NCBI GenBank assembly: GCA_963708075.1
Contig: OY970194.1
Coordinates: 3,520,001 to 3,584,000 of the forward strand
From: Sedimentisphaerales bacterium
GTDB taxonomy: Bacteria; Planctomycetota; Phycisphaerae; Sedimentisphaerales; Anaerobacaceae
Length of the DNA stretch: 64,000 bases
Direction: 5' to 3'
Position numbers and translations under genes: made by a program. The stretch's first letter is position 1. Each line of letters opens with the position of its first letter. Below are positions 59,153 through 64,000 of this stretch, in pieces. The notes below the pieces were generated by a model. It was not told the origin of the DNA. It was given only the letters and a program-made list of their open reading frames with translations, and did not search any database.

Positions 59153-60298
59153 AGTAGGTAGCCAAAAGTCTTCACACAAAAGCCTTGAGCCAGAAATCCG
59201 CCGACAAGACACCGGCTTTGCGGAGGCCCTGGGTCGCAGTTAGTCCCAAGAGCCACTGTTCCGCGTAGGCCGCCTCATCATCAATCGTTTGGAACTGGCG
59301 ATTGGCCGCAATCAACCGTTTCAACTCCTTCCAGAGATGATCCTGAGAGTTCAGTTCCGGGCACTGCTTCGGCAACCACAAGAGGGTCACCTCCAAGTGG
59401 GTGGCCAGTCGTTGGCTTTTGATCGCCTGATGAAAAGAGGCCTTGTCCAGCAACAGCCAAATCGGGCGTCCGGGATACCGTCGCCGCAACTCCCGCAGGA
59501 AGGCTTGAAAGTCCTCTTGCCGCTGGCGGGGCCGACGCAGGACCACCCGGTGTCCGGTTCGTGGATTGATCGTGCCGAACAGAACCCGTTTGTCGTTTTG
59601 CCCCGTGATCTTGACCTGCGCCTGTTCGCCGCGAAACGCCCACACATAGCGCAAGGGCGGAAACCAGCGGAGGATGGTCGCATCCGAAAACAACAGCACC
59701 GCCAGCGCCGGCATCCGTTTCAGGCGGCGAACCAGGCCCCCTTTTTCTGGGCTCGGTTCGGGTCCTTGGTCGCATAGACATACCGGGGACGTTTCCACCG
59801 CAGATCCAAGTCCCGCATCCGCCGCCGCAGGGTACGAGGCGAGATTGCACACCCGTACCTTTGCTGGAGGTGATCTGCCAGCAAGGACACCGTCCAACCC
59901 GTGGCGCGATAGCCCAAACGCATCGGGTCCCGGCGGAACTCGCGTACCAGACGGGCGTCCGTGATCGGCGTGGCGACCGGAGGCCGTCCGGAACGCGGTG
60001 CGTCCTGCAGGCGGTCTGGACAATGGGTGTGCAGATAGGCCCGCACCCAGCGATAGACGCTCCACGGCCGGGTCCCGGTGATCTGCGCTGCTTCCGGAAC
60101 CGTCCGACCCTGGGCCACCAACAGGATCGCTCCGATACGCCGGTAGGTGCGAATGTCAGCGACCCCCTGTAAGGCCCGCGTAAGACGATGTTTATCATAT
60201 CGATCGAAACCACGTTCTGAGGCGCTCTTCGTTCTTCGCATGTACCCCATCATACACGCGAAGAGAATCGTTCCTGTGAAAACTTTTGGCTACCTACT
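59153..60298 (-). mobile_element. Complete IS630-family insertion sequence (1146 bp)
   Basis: 24-bp TIRs AGTAGGTAGCCAAAAGT(C/T)TTCACA with one mismatch (59153-59176, 60275-60298); TA duplication at 59151-59152 and 60299-60300 in a CTAG target. Confidence 0.96.
59172..60253 (-). CDS. IS630 transposase in two ORFs joined by a -1 frameshift
   Basis: ORF A has HTH motifs (PRSGRP, WT..LL, WKRPRY); ORF B has the catalytic domain (FSDAT, LDKASFH, PELNSQD); slippery AAAAAGGGGG at 59737-59746. Confidence 0.92.
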
Positions 60299-61566
60299 TA
60301 GCAGGGGCAAACACCGGCGGTACGATCTCAGCCTGTTACAGCACAGGTTCGGTCAGCAGCAAGGACTACGCCGGTGGTTTGGTCGGATTCAACTACAGCG
60401 GCTCGATCTCAGGTTGCTACAGCACAGGATGGGTTAGCAGAAGCAACGATGTCGGCGGCTTGGCGGGGAGCTCCGACAACAAGATCTCAGCCTGCTTCTG
60501 GGACACCCAGACCTCCGGCCAGACCAGCAGTGCAGGCGGCACTGGCAAAACGACAGCCCAGATGCAGACAGCTAAGACGTTCGTCGACGCCAGATGGGAC
60601 TTCGTGGGCGAGACGAGCAATGGGACGGAGGATGTCTGGTGGATCTTCGAAGGGAAGGACTATCCGCATCTGTGGTGGGAGCGGGTGCTGGGGGATGACT
60701 TCCAGGATGGTGAGCCGGGGTCACTGTGGCTGGAGTATGTGCCGGATGCGAGCAAGATATCGGTGAAGGAGACGAACGGCCGGCTGGAGGTCTATGCCTC
60801 GGCCCTGGCGGACGATATCGACGCGGTGTACGTCTCCAACGGCTGGCGGCTGGATGTCAGCAAGGATTTCGCCCTGCGGGTCGATTTCCACTACAGCAAG
60901 CGAGACCCCGGCGATAGTTGGGTGATGGTTGCGCTGTTGCCGAGCGTACAGATACCCGTCAGCCGGATCATCACCTTCGAGGCCGGCTGCATGAATGACG
61001 AGCCGTTCTACCTCTACGAGGCCATCGACGGCTTCTGGAGACACGAAGAAACCTCGTACCGCGCCCCCGATGAAGGCACGTTGTACGTGTCGTACGACGC
61101 TGCCACCGATGAGATGTATCTGAGCTACAAGGGCTACGGCAAGGCGAACGCGTGGCGAACGGTCGCGGGGCTGCTGGGGGGCAGGTGGCAAGGGGAGCCC
61201 GTCTATGTGGCGATTGGCGGCGGCTCCGATGGGGTCGTGCTGGAGCCCGGCGACGCCTGGCTGGACGATCTCACCGTAAACTCGGGCACGCTCGCTCCAT
61301 CCGACTCAGGCGACGAAAGCACCCCCGAAAGTGAAGAGTCGGACTTCGAATCCGACTAGGCGGCGACTGCCGCAAGCCATGGCGGGCACGGACGTTACGG
61401 CGGCCAGGTAGACAGGGATCGGCGTCGGCGTCCGCAAGTCCCTGCGGGAAAAGGGGTTAGGTCTTGCGCGGGAGCGTCCGTCGCGTTCGGGGGCAGTGCA
61501 TCAGGGCTCGCGGTATTTGTCAGGCCCTTGGGCGGAAAACCGAACAAATCCTGTGAAAAAATGCTA

Positions 61567-61594
61567 TTGAAATGTGTGCGCCTTGTGGTAAACT
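61567..61594 (+). promoter_or_regulatory. Putative sigma70 promoter for rpmE-prfA
   Basis: TTGAAA-16 nt-TAAACT with extended TG. Confidence 0.55.
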
Positions 61595-61627
61595 ACATGG
61601 TTTCTGGTGTTCATGGGAGTCCAAACG

Positions 61628-61864
61628 ATGAAGGAAAAAATACATCCGAAGTACGAGAAGGTAGTGGTCCGTTGCGGTTGCGGCAACACGTTCGAGACGC
61701 GCAGCACCGTCGACGCGATCCACGCGGAAATCTGCTCGATGTGCCATCCGTTCTACACGGGCAAGCAGAAGTTCGTGGACACGGCCGGGCGTATCGAGCG
61801 ATTCCAGAAGAAGTACGGCGACTCGTACCGCAAGAAGACCAAAGAAGAACCGAAGAAGCAGTAA
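61628..61864 (+). CDS. rpmE: 50S ribosomal protein L31 (Zn-binding type)
   Basis: MKEKIHPKY...CGCGN...[24 protein letters not shown]. Confidence 0.97.
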   Translation: MKEKIHPKYEKVVVRCGCGNTFETRSTVDAIHAEICSMCHPFYTGKQKFVDTAGRIERFQKKYGDSYRKKTKEEPKKQ

Positions 61865-61927
61865 CTTCGCAGGTCACGTGAGAACGAGCTCCTGTTCCCG
61901 TCATGGCGGGTGCAGGGGCTCTTTGTT

Positions 61928-63052
61928 ATGGACAAAGAACAGAACAGCCTTTCGGCCATCCTCGATGGGATCGATGCCCGCTACGACGAGTTGGAGAAGC
62001 AGATTTCCGATCCGACCGTGGCCAGGGAGCATACCCGGCTCGTGGCGATCTCGAAAGAGCGGGGCAAGATCCGGCCTCTCGTCGAGAGATACCGCGAGTA
62101 CAAGGCGGTTGTCGCGGGGATCGGGGATGCCCGGCAGATGCTCGACGACCAGGCGTCGGATGCCGACCTCAAGGCCATGGCCGAGGAGGAGATCGAGCAA
62201 CTGACCGCCAAACGGGACCGGTTGCTGAACGACCTCCAAGACACGCTGATCATGGCCGACGACATGCACATCGGCTCGGTCATCATGGAAATCCGGGCCG
62301 GCACGGGCGGTGAGGAAGCGGCTTTGTTCGCGCGCGACCTCTACGAGATGTATGTCAAGTACGCCGGGAGCCGACGATGGCGGGTGGAACAGCTCGACTT
62401 TAGTCCTTCGGATATGGGAGGCTTTCGCGAGATCATCTTCAACATCAAGGGCGAAGGCGTGTGGGCGGAGCTGGGCTATGAGGGCGGCGGACACCGCGTC
62501 CAACGGGTGCCCGAGACCGAAGCGCAGGGCCGCATCCATACCTCCGCGGCTACCGTTGCCGTGCTGCCGGAGCCGGAGGAAGTGGATATCGAGATCAACC
62601 CGAGCGACGTGGTCGAGCACGTCAGCCGAGCCAGTGGGCCGGGCGGACAGAACGTCAATAAGGTCAGCAGCGCCATCCGACTTGAGCACGTCCCCACCGG
62701 CATTACGGTGAATATGCGGGAGGAGGCAAGCCAGCACAAGAATCGCGCCAAGGCATGGCGAATTCTCCGCAGCCGGATTTACGAGCTTTATGAGGGCAAG
62801 CGCCGGGCCGAGCGGGACTCGCAACGGAAAACGATGATCGGCTCCGGCGACCGGTCGGAAAAGATCCGAACGTACAACTTCCCTCAGAACCGCGTGACCG
62901 ACCATCGGATCGGCCTGTCGCTGTACAATCTCGACAGGATCATCAACGGGGACATGAGCGAGCTGATTGCAGGGCTGCGGGAACACGACCGGCAGCAGCG
63001 GCTGAAGAATCTCCAGCTTTCTCCGGGAGCGGGGGCATCGGCATCGAAGTGA
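61928..63052 (+). CDS. prfA: Peptide chain release factor 1
   Basis: [24 protein letters not shown] (PxT motif); [30 protein letters not shown]. Confidence 0.97.
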   Translation: MDKEQNSLSAILDGIDARYDELEKQISDPTVAREHTRLVAISKERGKIRPLVERYREYKAVVAGIGDARQMLDDQASDADLKAMAEEEIEQLTAKRDRLLNDLQDTLIMADDMHIGSVIMEIRAGTGGEEAALFARDLYEMYVKYAGSRRWRVEQLDFSPSDMGGFREIIFNIKGEGVWAELGYEGGGHRVQRVPETEAQGRIHTSAATVAVLPEPEEVDIEINPSDVVEHVSRASGPGGQNVNKVSSAIRLEHVPTGITVNMREEASQHKNRAKAWRILRSRIYELYEGKRRAERDSQRKTMIGSGDRSEKIRTYNFPQNRVTDHRIGLSLYNLDRIINGDMSELIAGLREHDRQQRLKNLQLSPGAGASASK

Positions 63053-63070
63053 TGAGCCGTGGCCGCGCAT

Positions 63071-63181
63071 GTCGTGCGGAATGAAGTGAAGCATCCGGGC
63101 CACGAGAGGGATATCCAATTCGATTCCCAGATCCTTCGCTGTCGCTCAGAGCTTGCCCTGAGCGGAGTCGAAGGAATGACA
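63071..63181. repeat. REP-like composite palindromic element
   Basis: GTCGTGCGGAATGAAGTGAAGCATC followed by GATCCTTCGCTGTCGCTCAG-AGCTTGCC-CTGAGCGGAGTCGAAGGAATGACA, an imperfect hairpin. Confidence 0.65.
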
Positions 63182-63239
63182 ATCGCAGGAGAGGGCCGGG
63201 CTCTTCGATGATGTCCATGGAAAGACAGGTTGGGCAAAC

Positions 63240-64000
63240 ATGATCGTCGTCGTTACAGGAATGGTGGGCCTCAACAAGAAGGAGTATCTTGAGAAGGTCT
63301 GCCGTTGTGCCCGACAGTATGGGGGCGAGGTGGGACTCTGCAACGTCGGCGACATGATGTACGCCGAGGCGCCGGACGTGACGCCGGGCAAAATCCTCGA
63401 CATCTCCCTGAAGCGGCTCCATTCCCTGCGCCGCAGCGTGTTCAAGGACATCATCGTGCGGGCCGGCCAAGTCCCCAACCTCATCGTCAATACGCACGCG
63501 ACATTCCGCTGGCGGCACGGGCTCTTTCCCGCCGTGGATTTCGACCAGATGCGACAGCTCAACGCGGACATGTACGTGTGCCTGATCGAGGGCGTCGTCC
63601 CCATGCACCTGCGCCTGCTGGAGCAGCACGCCCTCGAGCACGGCCTGAAGGACCTGATCGTATGGCGGGAAGAGGAGATCATCAGCACGGAGATGCTCTG
63701 CAAGGGCATCAACGACAAGATCCCCTTCTACTGTCTGGCCCGCGGCGGCAAGGAGGAGACGACGGATACGTTCTGCCGACTCATGTTCCGGAGGCATCTC
63801 AAGAAGGCGTATCTCAGCTTTCCCATGACGGCCGTGGCGCGAATCCCGGCCGTGACGGCCGAGATCGACGAATTCCGCCGCCGGATGAAGCGGTCCTTCA
63901 TCAGCTTCGACCCCGGCGACCTGGAGGAGGCCCACCTGCCCATCCTGGCCAGAGAGGCCCGCGAGCAGGGACTCGATTTCATCGAGGTGGCCGCCCTGAA
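63240..64000 (+). CDS. Archaeal-type adenylate-kinase-like protein, partial (runs off the window; absent from the ORF track)
   Basis: MIVVVTGMVGLNKKEYL...NVGDMMY...LIVNTHATFRW...WREEE...AYLSFPMT, open to the window end; degenerate P-loop. Confidence 0.6.
   Translation, partial: MIVVVTGMVGLNKKEYLEKVCRCARQYGGEVGLCNVGDMMYAEAPDVTPGKILDISLKRLHSLRRSVFKDIIVRAGQVPNLIVNTHATFRWRHGLFPAVDFDQMRQLNADMYVCLIEGVVPMHLRLLEQHALEHGLKDLIVWREEEIISTEMLCKGINDKIPFYCLARGGKEETTDTFCRLMFRRHLKKAYLSFPMTAVARIPAVTAEIDEFRRRMKRSFISFDPGDLEEAHLPILAREAREQGLDFIEVAAL

Larger units (their letters stand above)
57266..61359 (+). pseudogene. Secreted GLUG-repeat (beta-helix) surface protein interrupted by IS630
   Basis: Signal peptide; YSGGTGEPNDPYQI; many VGGLVG/CYSTG repeats. 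Removing the IS and one TA rejoins GTC GGT GGT CTA GCA GGG (VGGLAG) in frame to the stop at 61359. Confidence 0.9.

Noticed and set aside
61928..63052. prfB-type programmed frameshift
   Set aside because: The ORF is continuous and has the RF1 PxT motif.
62943..63935. 330-aa minus-strand ORF
   Set aside because: Shadow of the plus-strand gene starting at 63240, which the track missed because it has no stop in the window.
1..64000. tRNA, rRNA, known riboswitch, prophage or integron
   Set aside because: None recognised by eye; tRNAscan-SE and Infernal/Rfam runs would be needed to exclude them.

Overview
GC-rich bacterial chromosome window, probably Planctomycetota (Phycisphaerae/Sedimentisphaerales-like). 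The taxonomy is inferred from gene content: DUF1570- and DUF1573-like proteins, Zn-insert SpoVG, a long LptD-like protein, and GLUG and VPLP-CTERM proteins. Accessory region (1-8.6 kb): a truncated, uncharacterised element encoding a Rep-like (YDK/LRxE) protein with a hairpin-rich end, a cluster of REP-like palindromes, an SF1 helicase-PLD-Zn-ribbon fusion, a VPLP-CTERM protein and a GspB-like protein. Mostly housekeeping region (8.7-39.8 kb): clpX, an L,D-transpeptidase, 5-formyl-THF cyclo-ligase, rarA, four outer-membrane beta-barrels, a polyprenyl synthase, ilvE, lolD/lolC/E-like genes, lysS, an S41 protease, fba, lptD, pilT, maf, amrA, dedA, ispE, spoVG and an orphan FlgM-like gene. A 174-bp MITE lies just upstream of lysS. 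Secretion region (40-57 kb): a type II secretion cluster (gspC-like, D-M), preceded in the same apparent operon by a DUF1573 protein and an UshA-like/tetraheme cytochrome c, with a consensus sigmaE-type promoter before gspD. Right end (57-64 kb): a GLUG-repeat surface protein split by an intact IS630, then rpmE, prfA and a partial archaeal-adenylate-kinase-like gene. About nine small frameshifts look like read errors. Four are explained by the same change, GAGACC to GAGAACC, which may be the footprint of a methylated GGTCTC motif. No rRNA, tRNA or CRISPR array was seen. All calls are by eye; no searches were run.
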